Assembly (NCBI RefSeq): GCF_003918875.1
Contig: NW_025765246.1
Span: 1 to 64,000 of the forward strand
Direction: 5' to 3'
DNA from: Haliotis rubra
Taxonomy: Eukaryota
Length of the DNA stretch: 64,000 bases
A model generated the notes under the pieces. It ran no database searches. It was not told the origin of the DNA and saw only the letters and a list, made by a program, of their open reading frames with translations. Below are positions 1 to 15,400 of the stretch, piece by piece (positions within the stretch are counted from its first letter, which is position 1; each line of letters starts with the position of its first letter). The translations under genes were made by a program, and so were the position numbers.

Positions 1-1279
1 CAAATTCAATACAACGACCTGGAAGATGTGAACATATAAGTAACTTTTCACGGTACAGAAGAGCTAAAACATGTCACAACTTACAACTGAGTTGATGATT
101 CAGCAAAAAGTTGTTTCAAATCATGAATATGTTGACAGATTTTGTTTCTACTCTGTGAAACACATATTTTAAATACCCATATGTAAAGGTTAGAAATTCA
201 AAGAAAATATTTGTAGCTGTAAAATTGACATGTTTATATGTCAGTTTAGTTAGGCAATGAAAGTGACTCAAGCAGACATACAATGTGCCAATTTTAATGT
301 TGCATGGTACCTGTTATCAGGAAAGAGATTTAGTGATTTAGCAAATGTGCGTTCACTGCACAATCTTGACTGGACAATTCAATCCCAATATTGCCAATAT
401 TGTTATAATTATTATTATGTAATAAGTGATCAGTTTCTTTTTTTTTAAAAACATGTAAATGTCACATATCTACTTTATCAGACAAATTCAATACAATGAC
501 CTGAAAGATGTGGACATATAAGTAACTTATTCATGTGGTACATATTTTGTACAACAATGTAACTAGGTTAGCTAAATAAGTCGTTTTTCCACATGACAGT
601 TTCCTGTTGTGTGTTACAAACATTTTGCTTCCACACAAATGTATTGTTGTAATTATTATTATGCAATAAGTGATCAGGTTTTTATCTTCATTTTATTTAA
701 CTTGTAAATGTCACATATCTACTTTATCAGACAAATTCAATACAACGACCTGGAAGATGTGAACATATAAGTAACTTTTTCACGTGGTACAGAAGAGCTA
801 AAACATGTCACAACTTACAACTGAGTTGATGATTCAGCAAAAAGTTGTTTCAAATCATGAATATGTTGACAGATTTTGTTTCTACTCTGTGAAACACATA
901 TTTTAAATACCCATATGTAAAGGTTAGAAATTCAAAGAAAATATTTGTAGCTGTAAAATTGACATGTTTATATGTCAGTTTAGTTAGGCAATGAAAGTGA
1001 CTCAAGCAGACATACAATGTGCCAATTTTAATGTTGCATGGTACCTGTTATCAGGAAAGAGATTTAGTGATTTAGCAAATGTGCGTTCACTGCACAATGC
1101 GGCTGGACGATTCAATCCCAATATTGCCAATATTGTTATAATTATTATTATGTAATAAGTGATCAGTTTCTTCCTTTTTTTTTCAAAACCAACATTTACT
1201 TTAGTGTTCAATATTTCAATGTAAAGAAATTAATCAATTTAATACACATATACTATTTAAAATATTCTCCTTTGCACAG

Positions 1280-2330
1280 GCCTATCCTAGATCTACCTCT
1301 GGAGTTAGAAAACGAACCATCCATGTAACAGAAGACAACGAACAAATCACAGTCAAACTGTGGGTGAAAAAGCCACCTCGATGTTCTGCAGCACAGACAA
1401 GTTAAATTCACCCAACTTGAGAGTGAACATGTACAATGGGAACAAGGAACTTAATTCTACATCAGACACCACAATGGAGGTAAATTTTCATAATACCACT
1501 AAGTACCACTGCGACTTGGAAATACTGAACAAGGCATTCCCTAACAAAACTCTAACAACACAAAGAGTTTCACATTTCCATGGAGGACAATATCATCATA
1601 TCAATGTAAGTATACATCCACATATCATTTAACTGTATTGTATACATCATATCAATTCATTCCAATGTACTAAATGTTTGGTATAACAGGTCTAGTAGTG
1701 TTCATTACTCCTACTTGCAATAATGCAATATTTTAATCCATACTGTACCCTCAAAAGACCTCCATTACCATCATTTGTGTTGTTCTAAGTTTAACATGGC
1801 TCACTATACAGCTATACAGTTTCTATCAGAAGACTCCGGAGATATAATATGAATAAATCATGATCATATTTATACACACAAAATATTCCCAAATGTATAA
1901 ACCATATTAACCTGTATATGTAACAATTGATTACAATTTTCAATTAAATATAATCCGTTATACCAAATTACATATTTACAGAACTACTGCAAAACTAATT
2001 CATAATATATTATTTCCATCCAGGACCCCAGTTACTGAAGAACTCAGGACCCCAGTTACTGAAGAACTCAGGACCCCAGTTACTGAAGAACTCAGGACCC
2101 CAGTTACTGAAGAACTCAGGACCTCAGTTACTGAAGAACTTCAAGAACAAAACCCTGAAGGTTTGTATTTAATTATTACAACATATATATATCTGAAGCA
2201 TTATATACATTATCTCTACATAACAAACATATACCATTTTTTTACACTTATACCAGCAATTGTGTTGGCTTTCCGTTAGCAGTTCTTTCTTTTCCTTCTT
2301 CATTCAATTAATTTAACAGATTTAGTGTAA
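1280..2330 (+). pseudogene. 3' exons of an OB-fold (RPA/SSB-like) protein with acidic repeat tail, copy 1 (exons ~1280-1605, 2024-2160, 2320-2330)
   Basis: Splice sites: ttgcacag|, |gtaagt, ccatccag|, |gtttgt, tttaacag|. Translation across small indels gives KRTIHVTEDNEQITVKLWGEK...LRVNMYNGNKELNSTSDTTMEV, resembling the RPA OB-fold pattern (KR.i.l.D....v..tLWg...rV....G..L....t.i.v), then five ~RTPVTEEL repeats and QEQNPE|DLV*. Confidence 0.6.
2021..2140 (+). repeat. 24-bp tandem repeat x5 (caggaccccagttactgaagaact); second copy at ~6119-6238
   Basis: Directly visible; in frame as RTPVTEEL. Confidence 0.95.
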
Positions 2331-5300
2331 GCTCTTCACCACATGCTCTCACCGTCATGCCACCAAAGAAGAGCAACCTTAAATCACTCGGTAGATCAAG
2401 AGACAGGCCAAAGTGGCCAAGCGACAAGCAAAGGGGCAGCGACTGGTGTTGTCCCCACCGGCTGCCCCTCAGGCCAGTCAGGTCCCACAACCAGCAGTTT
2501 CCCCAGCTGCAGCAACCAGCACCACAAACACAACCACTCCGCTGGCCCGTCATCCAATGCACAAGGGCCATCATGGGTGATTGGCTCCAGCTACATGGCG
2601 AGGCTACAGAAACATCTCGGGGCGCTTAACTTAGTAGCCTGGGCCTTGCCTGGGGGCATCTAGTCGGCAAAGGGGCATCTAGTCAGCAAAGTTGGCCTCA
2701 AGTGGGCTGGCCTTAGAGGCATGGTGGATAACCTCATTAGCTTGAGGGGCCCATGCAGGTCATTCATTGTGATTCATTCATAAACATCGTGTTTTTAGTT
2801 AGTCGAGTGTTACAAGCGAAAATAAGTTTAATCATGGGTTTAATCAATGGCACATTAACAAGTAACACTTTTCTATGAAGGTAGGTTTCTTTAGAAATAT
2901 AGCGCACCATTGAGAATCGCTATAAGAATTTTATGCACCATGTCGGAAAGAATCCCGTGATTTAGCAAGTGAGCCTTCACTGCACAATGCGGCTGGACGA
3001 TTCAATCGAATATTGCCAATATTGTTGTAATTATTATTATGCAATAAGTGATCATTTTTCTTCCTTCTTTTTTTTCAGAACTTGTAAATGTCACATATCT
3101 ACTTTATCAGACAAATTCAATACAATGACCTGAAAGATTTGAACATATAAGTAACTTTTTTTTCATGGGGTACATGTTGTGTACAACAACGTAACAAGGT
3201 TAGCTAAATATGTCGTTTTTCCACATGACAGTTTCCTGTTGTGTGTTACATTTTGCATCCACACAAATGTATTGTAATTATTATTATGTAATGGGTGATC
3301 AGTTTGTTATCTTTTTTTTTTTCAACTTGTAAATGTCACATATCTACTTTATCAGACAAAATTCAATACAATGACCTGAAAGATGTGAACATATAAGTAA
3401 CTTCTTCACGTGGTACAGGAGAGCTAATACATTCAAAATAGGCGTAAACATTCTGTTGTTAGTTTGCAGAGTGTTACAGGCGCAAATAAGTTAAATCACG
3501 AGTTTAATCAACGACACATTCATAAGTGATACTTTTCTATAAAGGTAGGTTTCTTTAGCAATATGACGCGCCATTGAGGATGTGCTCTAACAATGGCATG
3601 TGCAGAGATGTGTCACTCTTAAAGATGCACACCAATTTTAATACCAGGCTATGCTGTTGGCCAGTTTCTCTGTCCATTCTGCCCGTGTCATTATGACATG
3701 AGTTGATAAACAATACCTACAGTCTAACGCCATTGAGGTGGACTAAATGAATGTTATTGTTGAATGTTAAATGTAAAACTCTGAATGCTGCAACTTTTGA
3801 ATGTTTTCTTTTTTTAAAACTTGTAACTGTCACACGTCAAACTTATCAAATTCTGTACAATGACCTGAAAGATGTGGACATATAAGTAACTTGTTCATGT
3901 CTTGCATGTTGTGTACAACAACGTAACAAGGTTAGCTAAATATGTCGTTTTTCCACTGGACAGTTTCCTGTTGTATGTTACATTTTCCATTCACACAAAT
4001 ATATTGTTGTAAATATTATTATGCAATAAGTGATCAGGTTTTATCTTCTTCTTCTTTTTCAACTTGTAAATGTCACATATCTACTTTATCAGACAAATTC
4101 AGTACAATGACCTGAAAGATGTGAACATATAAGTAACTTTTTCACGTGGTACAGAAGAGCTAAAATATGTCACAACTTACAACTGAGTTGATGATTCAGC
4201 AAAAAGTTGTTTCAAATCATGAATATGTTGACAGATTTTGTTTCTACTCTGTGAAACACATATTTTAAATACCCATATGTAAAGGTTAGAAATTCAAAGA
4301 AAATATTTGTAGCTGTAAAATTGACATGTTTATATGTCAGTTTAGTTAGGCAATGAAAGTGACTCAAGCAGACATACAATGTGCCAATTTTAATGTTGCA
4401 TGGTACCTGTTATCAGGAAAGAGATTTAGTGATTTAGCAAATGTGCGTTCACTGCACAATGCGGCTGGACAATTCAATCCCAATATTGCCAATATTGTTA
4501 TAATTATTATTATGTAATAAGTGATCAGTTTCTTTCTTTTTTTTTTAAAAACATGTAAATGTCACATATCTACTTTATCAGACAAATTCAATACAATGAC
4601 CTGAAAGATGTGGACATATAAGTAACTTATTCATGTGGTACATATTTTGTACAACAATGTAACAAGGTTAGCTAAATAAGTCGTTTTTCCACATGACAGT
4701 TTCCTGTTGTGTGTTACAAACATTTTGCTTCCACACAAATGTATTGTTGTAATTATTATTATGCAATAAGTGATCAGGTTTTTATCTTCATTTTATTTAA
4801 CTTGTAAATGTCACATATCTACTTTATCAGACAAATTCAATACAACGACCTGGAAGATGTGAACATATAAGTAACTTTTTCACGTGGTACAGAAGAGCTA
4901 AAACATGTCACAACTTACAACTGAGTTGATGATTCAGCAAAAAGTTGTTTCAAATCATGAATATGTTGACAGATTTTGTTTCTACTCTGTGAAACACATA
5001 TTTTAAATACCCATATGTAAAGGTTAGAAATTCAAAGAAAATATTTGTAGCTGTAAAATTGACATGTTTATATGTCAGTTTAGTTAGGCAATGAAAGTGA
5101 CTCAAGCAGACATACAATGTGCCAATTTTAATGTTGCATGGTACCTGTTATCAGGAAAGAGATTTAGTGATTTAGCAAATGTCGTTCACTGCACAATCGG
5201 ACTGGACGATTCAATCCCAATATTGCCAATATTGTTATAATTATTATTATGTAATAAGTGATCAGTTTCTTTTTTTTTTCAAAACCAACATTTACTTTTA

Positions 5301-5376
5301 GTGTTCAATATTTCAATGTAAAGAAATTAATCAATTTAATACACATATACTATTTAAAATATTCTCCTTTGCACAG

Positions 5377-6426
5377 GCCTATCCTAGATCTACCTCTGGA
5401 GTTAGAAAGCGAACCATCCATGTAACAGAAGACAACGAACAAATCACAGTCAAACTGTGGGAAGTGAAAAAAGCCACCTCGATGTTCTGCAGCACAGACA
5501 AGTTAAATTCACCCACTTGAGAGTGAACATGTACAATGGGAACAAGGAACTTAATTCTACATCAGACACCACAATGGAGGTAAATTTTCATAATACCACT
5601 AAGTACCACTGCGACTTGGAAATACTGAACAAGGCATTCCCTAACAAAACTCTAACAACACAAGAGTTTCACATTTCCATGGAGGACAATATCATCATAT
5701 CAATGTAAGTATACATCCACATATCATTTAACTGTATTGTATACATCATATCAATTCATTCCAATGTACTAAATGTTTGGTATAACAGGTCTAGTAGTGT
5801 TCATTACTCCTACTTGCAATAATGCAATATTTTAATCCATACTGTACCCTCAAAAGACCTCCATTACCATCATTTGTGTTGTTCTAAGTTTAACATGGCT
5901 CACTATACAGCTATACAGTTTCTATCAGAAGACTCGGAGATATAATATGAATAAATCATGATCATATTTATACACACAAAATATTCCCAAATGTATAAAC
6001 CATATTAACCTGTATATGTAACAATTGATTACAATTTTCAATTAAATATAATCCGTTATACCAAATTACATATTTACAGAACTACTGCAAAACTAATTCA
6101 TAATATATTATTTCCATCCAGGACCCCAGTTACTGAAGAACTCAGGACCCCAGTTACTGAAGAACTCAGGACCCCAGTTACTGAAGAACTCAGGACCCCA
6201 GTTACTGAAGAACTCAGGACCTCAGTTACTGAAGAACTTCAAGAACAAAACCCTGAAGGTTTGTATTTAATTATTACAACATATATATATCTGAAGCGTA
6301 TATACATTATCTCTACATAACAAACATATACCATTTTTACACTTATACCAGCAATTGTGTTAAGCTTTCCGTTAGCAGTTCTTTCTTTTCCTTCTTCATT
6401 CAATTAATTTAACAGATTTAGTGTAA
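5377..6426 (+). pseudogene. 3' exons of OB-fold protein, copy 2 (exons ~5377-5704, 6122-6258, 6416-6426)
   Basis: Near-identical to copy 1 at about +4097. ORF 5457-5708 reaches a phase-2 donor that matches the phase-2 repeat exon; the following phase-1 junction gives GAT TTA GTG TAA. Confidence 0.6.
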
Positions 6427-9400
6427 GCTCTTCACCACATGCTCTCACCGTCATGCCACCAAAGAGAAGAGCAACCTTAAATCACTCGATTAGATCAAGA
6501 GACAGGCCAAAGTGGCCAAGCGACAAGCAAAGGGGAGCCTGTAGCGACTGGTGTTGTCCCCACGAGCGCTGCCCCTCAGGCCAGTCAGGTCCCACAACCA
6601 GCAGTTTCCCCAGCTGCAGCAACCAGCACCACAAACACAACCACTCCGCTGGCCCCGTCATCCAATGCACAAGGGCCATCATGGGTGATTGGCTCCAGCT
6701 ACATGGCGAGGCTACAGAAACATCTCGGGACGCAACTTAGTAGCCTGGGCCTTGCCTGGGGGGGCATCTAGTCGGCAAAGGGGGCATCTAGTCAGCAAAG
6801 TTGGCCTCAAGTGGGCTGGCCTTAGAGGCATGGTGGATAACCTCATTAGCCTTGAGGGGCCCATGCAGGTCATTCATTGTGATTCATTCATAAACATCGT
6901 GTTTTTAGTTAGTCGAGTGTTACAAAGCGAAAATAAGTTTAATCATGGGTTTAATCAATGGCACATTAACAAGTAACACTTTTCTATGAAGGTAGGTTTC
7001 TTTAGAAATATAGCACCATTGAGAATGCGCTATAAGAATTTTATGCACCATGTCGGAAAGAATCCGTGATTTCGCATGAAGTGAGCCTTCACTGCACAAT
7101 GCGGCTGGACGATTCAATCGAATATTGCCAATATTGTTGTAATTATTATTATGCAATAAGTGATCATTTTCTTCCTTCTTTTTTTTTAGAACTTGTAAAT
7201 GTCACATATCTACTTTATCAGACAAATTCAATACAATGACCTGAAAGATTTGAACATATAAGTAACTTTTTCATGGGGTACATGTTGTGTACAACAAGCG
7301 TAACAAGGTTAGCTAAATATGTCGTTTTTCCACATGACAGTTTCCTGTTGTGTGTTACATTTGCATCCACACAAATGTATTGTAATTATTATTATGTAAT
7401 GGGTGATCAGTTTGTTATCTTTTTTTTTCAACTTGTAAATGTCACATATCTACTTTATCAGACAAAATTCAATACAATGACCTGAAAGATGTGAACATAT
7501 AAGTAACTTCTTCACGTGGTACAGGAGAGCTAATACATTCAAAATGGTAGTAAACATTCTGTTGTTAGTTTGCAGAGTGTTACAGGCGCCAAATAAGTTA
7601 AATCACGAGTTTAATCAACGACACATTCATAAGTGATACTTTTCTATAAAAGGTAGGTTTCTTTAGCAATATGGACAGCGCCATTGAGGATGTGCTCTAA
7701 CAATGGCATGTGCAGAGATGTGTCACTCTTAAAGATGCACACCAATTTTAATACCAGGCTATGCTGTTGGCCAGTTTCTCTGTCCATTCTGCCCGTATCA
7801 TTATGACATGAGTTGATAAACAATACCTACAGTCTAGCGCCATTGAGGGTGGACTAAATGAATGTTATTGTTGAATGTTAAATGTAAAACTCTGAATGCT
7901 GCAACTTTTGAATGTTTTCTTTTTTTAAAACTTGTAACTGTCACACGTCAAACTTATCAAATTCTGTACAATGACCTGAAAGATGTGGACATATAAGTAA
8001 CTTGTTCATGTCTTGCATGTTGTGTACAACAACGTAACAAGGTTAGCTAAATATGTCGTTTTCCACTGGACAGTTTCCTGTTGTATGTTACATTTTCCAT
8101 TCACACAAATATATTGTTGTAAATATTATTATGCAATAAGTGATCAGGTTTTATCTTCTTTTTTTTTTCAACTTGTAAATGTCACATATCTACTTTATCA
8201 GACAAATTCAGTACAATGACCTGAAAGATGTGAACATATAAGTAACTTTTTCACGTGGTACAGAAGAGCTAAAATATGTCACAACTTACAACTGAGTTGA
8301 TGATTCAGCAAAAAGTTGTTTCAAATCATGAATATGTTGACAGATTTTGTTTCTACTCTGTGAAACACATATTTTAAATACCCATATGTAAAGGTTAGAA
8401 ATTCAAAGAAAATATTTGTAGCTGTAAAATTGACATTTTTATATGTCAGTTTAGTTAGGCAATGAAAGTGACTCAAGCAGACATACAATGTGCCAATTTT
8501 AATGTTGCATGGTACCTGTTATCAGGAAAGAGATTTAGTGATTTCGCAAATGTGCGTTCACTGCACAATGCGGCTGGACAATTCAATCCCAATATTGCCA
8601 ATATTGTTATAATTATTATTATGTAATAAGTGATCAGTTTCTTTCTTTTTAAAAACATGTAAATGTCACATATCTACTTTATCAGACAAATTCAATACAA
8701 TGACCTGAAAGATGTGGACATATAAGTAACTTATTCATGTGGTACATATTTTGTACAACAATGTAACAAGGTTAGCTAAATAAGTCGTTTTTCCACATGA
8801 CAGTTTCCTGTTGTGTGTTACAAACATTTTGCTTCCACACAAATGTATTGTTGTAATTATTATTAAGCAATAAGTGATCAGGTTTTTATCTTCATTTTAT
8901 TTAACTTGTAAATGTCACATATCTACTTTATCAGACAAATTCAATACAACGACCTGGAAGATGTGAACATATAAGTAACTTTTTCATGTGGTACAGAAGA
9001 GCTAAAACATGTCACAACTTACAACTGAGTTGATGATTCAGCAAAAAGTTGTTTCAAATCATGAACATGTTGACAGATTTTGTTTCTACTCTGTGAAACA
9101 CATATTTTAAATACCCATATGTAAAGGTTAGAAATTCAAAGAAAATATTTGTAGCTGTAAAATTGACATGTTTATATGTCAGTTTAGTTAGGCAATGAAA
9201 GTGACTCAAGCAGACATACAATGTGCCAATTTTAATGTTGCATGGTACCTGTTATCAGGAAAGAGATTTAGTGATTTAGCAAATGTGCGTTCACTGCACA
9301 ATGCGGCTGGACGATTCAATCCCAATATTGCCAATATTGTTATAATTATTATTATGTAATAAGTGATCAGTTTCTTTCTTTTTTTTTCAAAACTTGTAAA

Positions 9401-12400
9401 TGTCACATATCTACTTTATCAGACAAATTCAATACAATGACCTGAAAGATGTGGACATATAAGTAACTTATTCATGTGGTACATATTTTGTACAACAATG
9501 TAACAAGGTTAGCTAAATAAGTCGTTTTTCCACATGACAGTTTCCTGTTGTGTGTTACAAACATTTTGCTTCCACACAAATGTATTGTTGTAATTATTAT
9601 TATGCAATAAGTGATCAGGTTTTTATCTTCATTTTATTTAACTTGTAAATGTCACATATCTACTTTATCAGACAAATTCAATACAACGACCTGGAAGATG
9701 TGAACATATAAGTAACTTTTTCACGTGGTACAGAAGAGCTAAAACATCTCACAACTTACAACTGAGTTGATGATTCAGCAAAAAGTTGTTTCAAATCATG
9801 AATATGTTGACAGATTTTGTTTCTACTACTGTGAAACACATACTTTAAATGCCCATATGTAAAGCTTAGAAATTCAAAGATAATATTTGTAGCTGTAAAA
9901 TTGACATGTTTATATGTCAGTTTAGTTAAGCAATGAAAGTGAGTGAAGCAGACATATAATATGCCAATTTTAATGTTGCATGGTACCTGTTTTCAGGAAA
10001 GAGACTTATTTACTAAATAGTATGTTTCTTTATTTTATTCACCACTGTTGTCTTTGGAAAGGATTTTGATTCCCCACAGTAGTGTTTTGAGGGGTTTTCT
10101 TGGTCAATTTATCTGCACAAATAATGTCAAATGTACAATCCTGCAGTGCCCAATGTTACAGAGCCGATTACAACATGGCTCCCAATGCACATACATGTGA
10201 GTTTATAAAACTGAAATTGTGTGCGAGTTGCTGTTGTGAAGCACTGGGTAGTACCTCTAACAATGGCATGTGCAGAGATGTGTCACTCTTCGAGATGCAC
10301 ACCAATTTTAATACCAGGCTATGCTGTTGGCCAGTTTCTCTGTCCATTCTGCCCGTATCATTATGACATGAGTTGATAAACAATACCTACAGTCTTACCC
10401 CATTGAGGTGGACTAAATGAATGTTACTGTAGAATGTTAAATGTAAAACTCTGAATGCTGCAACTTTTGAATGTTTTCTTTTTTAAAACTTGTAACTGTC
10501 ACACGTCAAACTTATCAATTCGATTACAATGACCTGAAAGATGTGGACATATAAGTAACTTGTTCATGTCTTGCATGTTGTGTACAACGTAACAAGGTTA
10601 ACTAAATATGTCATTTTTCCACACGACAGTTTTCTGTTGTGTGTTACATTTTGCATCCACACAAATATATTGTAATTATTATTATGAAATGGGTGATCAG
10701 TTTGTATCTTCTTATTTCAACTTGTAAATGTCACTTATCTACTTTATCAGACAAATTCAATACAATAGAACTGAATGATGTGAACATATCAGTAACTTGT
10801 CCATGTGGTACATGTTTTGTACAACAATGTAACAAGGTTAGCTAAATATGTCGTTTTTCCACATGACAGTTTCCTGTTGTGTGTTACATTTTGCTTCCAC
10901 ACAAATGTATTGTTGTAATTATTATTATGCAATAAGTGATCAGGTTTTTATCTTCTTTTTTTTTCAACTTGTAAATGTCACATATCTACTTTATCAGACA
11001 AACTGAGTTGATGATTCAGCAAAAGTTGTTTCAAATCATGAATATGTTGACAGATTTTGTATCTACTCTGTCAAACACATATTTTAAATACCCATATCTA
11101 AAGGTTAGAAATTCAAAGAAAATATTTGTAGCTGTAAAATTGACATGTTTATATGTCAGTTTAGTTAGGCAATGAAAGTGACTCAAGCAGACATACAATG
11201 TGCCAATTTTAATGTTGCATGGTACCTGTTATCAGGAAAGAGATTTAGTGATTTCGCAAGTGTGCGTTCACTGCACAATTCAATCCCAATATTGCCAATA
11301 TTGTTATAATTATTATTATGAAATAAGTGATCAGTTTCTTTCTTTTTCTTTCAAAACTTGTAAATGTCACATATCTACTTTATCAGACAAATTCAATACA
11401 ATGACCTGAAAGATGTGGACATATAAGTAACCTATTCATGTGGTACATGGTTTCTACAACAATGTAACAAGGTTAGCTAAATAAGTCGTTTTTCCACATG
11501 ACAGTTTCCTGTTGTGTGTTACAAACATTTTGCTTCCACACAAATGTATTGTTGTAATTATTATTATGCAATAAGTGATCAGGTTTTTATCTTCATTTTA
11601 TTTAACTTGTAAATGTCACATATCTACTTTATCAGACAAATTCAATACAATGACCTGAAAGATGTGAACATATAGTAACTTCTTCATGTGGTACAGGAGA
11701 GCTAAAACATGTCACAACTTACAACTGAGTTGATGATTCAGCAAAAAGTTGTTTCAAATCATGAATATGTTGACAGATTTTGTTTCTACTCTGTGAAACA
11801 CATACTTTAAATACCCATATGTAAAGCTTAGAAATTGAAAGATAACATTTGTAGCTGTAAAATTGACATGTTTATATGTCAGTTTAGTTAAGCAATGAAA
11901 GTGACTGAAACAGACGAATAATGTGCCAATTTTAATGTTGCATGGTACCTGTTTTCAAGAAAAGAGATTTAGTTACTAAATAGTATGTTTCTTTATTCTA
12001 TTCACCACTGTTGTCTTTGGAAAGGATTTTGATTCCCCACAGTAATGTTTTGAGGGGTTTTCTTGGTCAATTTATCTGCACAAATAATGTCAAATGTACA
12101 ATCCTGCAGTGCCCAATGTTACAGAGCCGATTACAACATGGCTCCCAATGCACATACATGTGAGTTTATAAAACTGAAAATGTGTGCGAGTTGCTGTTGT
12201 GAAGCACTGGGTGTACCTCTAACAATGGCATGTGCAGAGATGTGTCACTCTTAGAGATGCACACCAATTTTAATACCAGGCTATGCTGTTGGCTAGTTTC
12301 TCTGTCCATTCTGCCCATATCATTATGACATGAGTTGATAAACAATACCTACAGTCTAACCCCATTGAGGTGGACTAAATGAATGTTACTGTAGAATGTT

Positions 12401-15400
12401 AAATGTAAAACTCTGAATGCTGCAACTTTTGAATGTTTTCTTTTTTAAAACTTGTAACTGTCACACGTCAAACTTATCGAATTCTGTACAATGACCTGAA
12501 AGATGTGGACATATAAGTAACTTGTTCATGTCTTGCATGTTGTGTACAACGTAACAAGGTTAACTAAATATGTCATTTTTCCACACGACAGTTTTCTGTT
12601 GTGTGTTACATTTTGCATCCACACAAATATATTGTAATTATTATTATGAAATGGGTGATCAGTTTGTATCTTCTTATTTCAACTTGTAAATGTCACTTAT
12701 CTACTTTATCAGACAAATTCAATACAATAGAACTGAATGATGTGAACATATCAGTAACTTGTCCATGTGGTACATGTTTTGTACAACAATGTAACAAGGT
12801 TAGCTAAATATGTCGTTTTTCCACATGACAGTTTCCTGTTGTGTGTTACATTTTGCTTCCACACAAATGTATTGTTGTAATTATTATTATGCAATAAGTG
12901 ATCAGGTTTTTATCTTCTTTTTTTTTTCAACTTGTAAATGTCACATATCTACTTTATCAGACAAACTGAGTTGATGATTCAGCAAAAGTTGTTTCAAATC
13001 ATGAATATGTTGACAGATTTTGTATCTACTCTGTCAAACACATATTTTAAATACCCATATCTAAAGCTTAGAAATTCAAAGAAAATATTTGTAGCTGTAA
13101 AATTGACATGTTTATATGTCAGTTTAGTTAGGCAATGAAAGTGACTCAAGCAGACATACAATGTGCCAATTTTAATGTTGCATGGTACCTGTTATCAGGA
13201 AAGAGATTTAGTGATTTCGCAAGTGTGCGTTCACTGCACAATTCAATCCCAATATTGCCAATATTGTTATAATTATTATTATGAAATAAGTGATCAGTTT
13301 CTTTCTTTTCTTTCAAAACTTGTAAATGTCACATATCTACTTTATCAGACAAATTCAATACAATGACCTGAAAGATGTGGACATATAAGTAACCTATTCA
13401 TGTGGTACATGGTTTCTACAACAATGTAACAAGGTTAGCTAAATAAGTCGTTTTTCCACATGACAGTTTCCTGTTGTGTGTTACAAACATTTTGCTTCCA
13501 CACAAATGTATTGTTGTAAATATTATTATGCAATAAGTGATCAGGTTTTTATCTTCATTTTATTTAACTTGTAAATGTCACATATCTACTTTATCAGACA
13601 AATTCAATACAATGACCTGAAAGATGTGAACATATAGTAACTTCTTCATGTGGTACAGGAGAGCTAAAACATGTCACAACTTACAACTGAGTTGATGATT
13701 CAGCAAAAAGTTGTTTCAAATCATGAATATGTTGACAGATTTTGTTTCTACTCTGTGAAACACATACTTTAAATACCCATATGTAAAGCTTAGAAATTGA
13801 AAGATAACATTTGTAGCTGTAAAATTGACATGTTTATATGTCAGTTTAGTTAAGCAATGAAAGTGACTGAAACAGACGAATAATGTGCCAATTTTAATGT
13901 TGCATGGTACCTGTTTTCAAGAAAAGAGATTTAGTTACTAAATAGTATGTTTCTTTATTCTATTCACCACTGTTGTCTTTGGAAAGGATTTTGATTCCCC
14001 ACAGTAATGTTTTGAGGGGTTTTCTTGGTCAATTTATCTGCACAAATAATGTCAAATGTACAATCCTGCAGTGCCCAATGCTACAGAGCCGATTACAACA
14101 TGGCTCCCAATGCACATACATGTGAGTTTATAAAACTGAAAATGTGTGCGAGTTGCTGTTGTGAAGCACTGGGTGTACCTCTAACAATGGCATGTGCAGA
14201 GATGTGTCACTCTTAGAGATGCACACCAATTTTAATACCAGGCTATGCTGTTGGCTAGTTTCTCTGTCCATTCTGCCCATATCATTATGACATGAGTTGA
14301 TAAACAATACCTACAGTCTAACCCCATTGAGGTGGACTAAATGAATGTTACTGTAGAATGTTAAATGTAAAACTCTGAATGCTGCAACTTTTGAATGTTT
14401 TCTTTTTTTAAAACTTGTAACTGTCACACGTCAAACTTATCGAATTCTGTACAATGACCTGAAAGATGTGGACATATAAGTAACTTGTTCATGTCTTGCA
14501 TGTTGTGTACAACGTAACAAGGTTAGCTAAATATATCATTTTTCCACACGACAGTTTTCTGTTGTGTGTTACATTTTGCATCCACACAAATATATTGTAA
14601 TTATTATTATGAAATGGGTGATCAGTTTGTATCTTCTTATTTCAACTTGTAAATGTCACTTATCTACTTTATCAGACAAATTCAATACAATAGAACTGAA
14701 TCATGTGAACATATCAGTAACTTGTCCATGTGGTACATGTTTTGTACAACAATGTAACAAGGTTAGCTAAATATGTTGTTTTTCCACATGACAGTTTCCT
14801 GTTGTGTGTTACATTTTGCTTCCACACAAATGTATTGTTGTAATTATTATTATGTAATGGGTGATCAGTTTGTTATCTTTTTTTTTTTCAACTTGTAAAT
14901 GTCACATATCTACTTTATCAGACAAACTGAGTTGATGATTCAGCAAAAGTTGTTTCAAATCATGAATATGTTGACAGATTTTGTATCTACTCTGTCAAAC
15001 ACATATTTTAAATACCCATATCTAAAGCTTAGAAATTCAAAGAAAATATTTGTAGCTGTAAAATTGACATGTTTATATGTCAGTTTAGTTAGGCAATGAA
15101 AGTGACTCAAGCAGACATACAATGTGCCAATTTTAATGTTGCATGGTACCTGTTATCAGGAAAGAGATTTAGTGATTTCGCAAGTGTGCGTTCACTGCAC
15201 AATTCAATCCCAATATTGCCAATATTGTTATAATTATTATTATGAAATAAGTGATCAGTTTCTTTCTTTTTCTTTCAAAACTTGTAAATGTCACATATCT
15301 ACTTTATCAGACAAATTCAATACAATGACCTGAAAGATGTGGACATATAAGTAACCTATTCATGTGGTACATGGTTTCTACAACAATGTAACAAGGTTAG

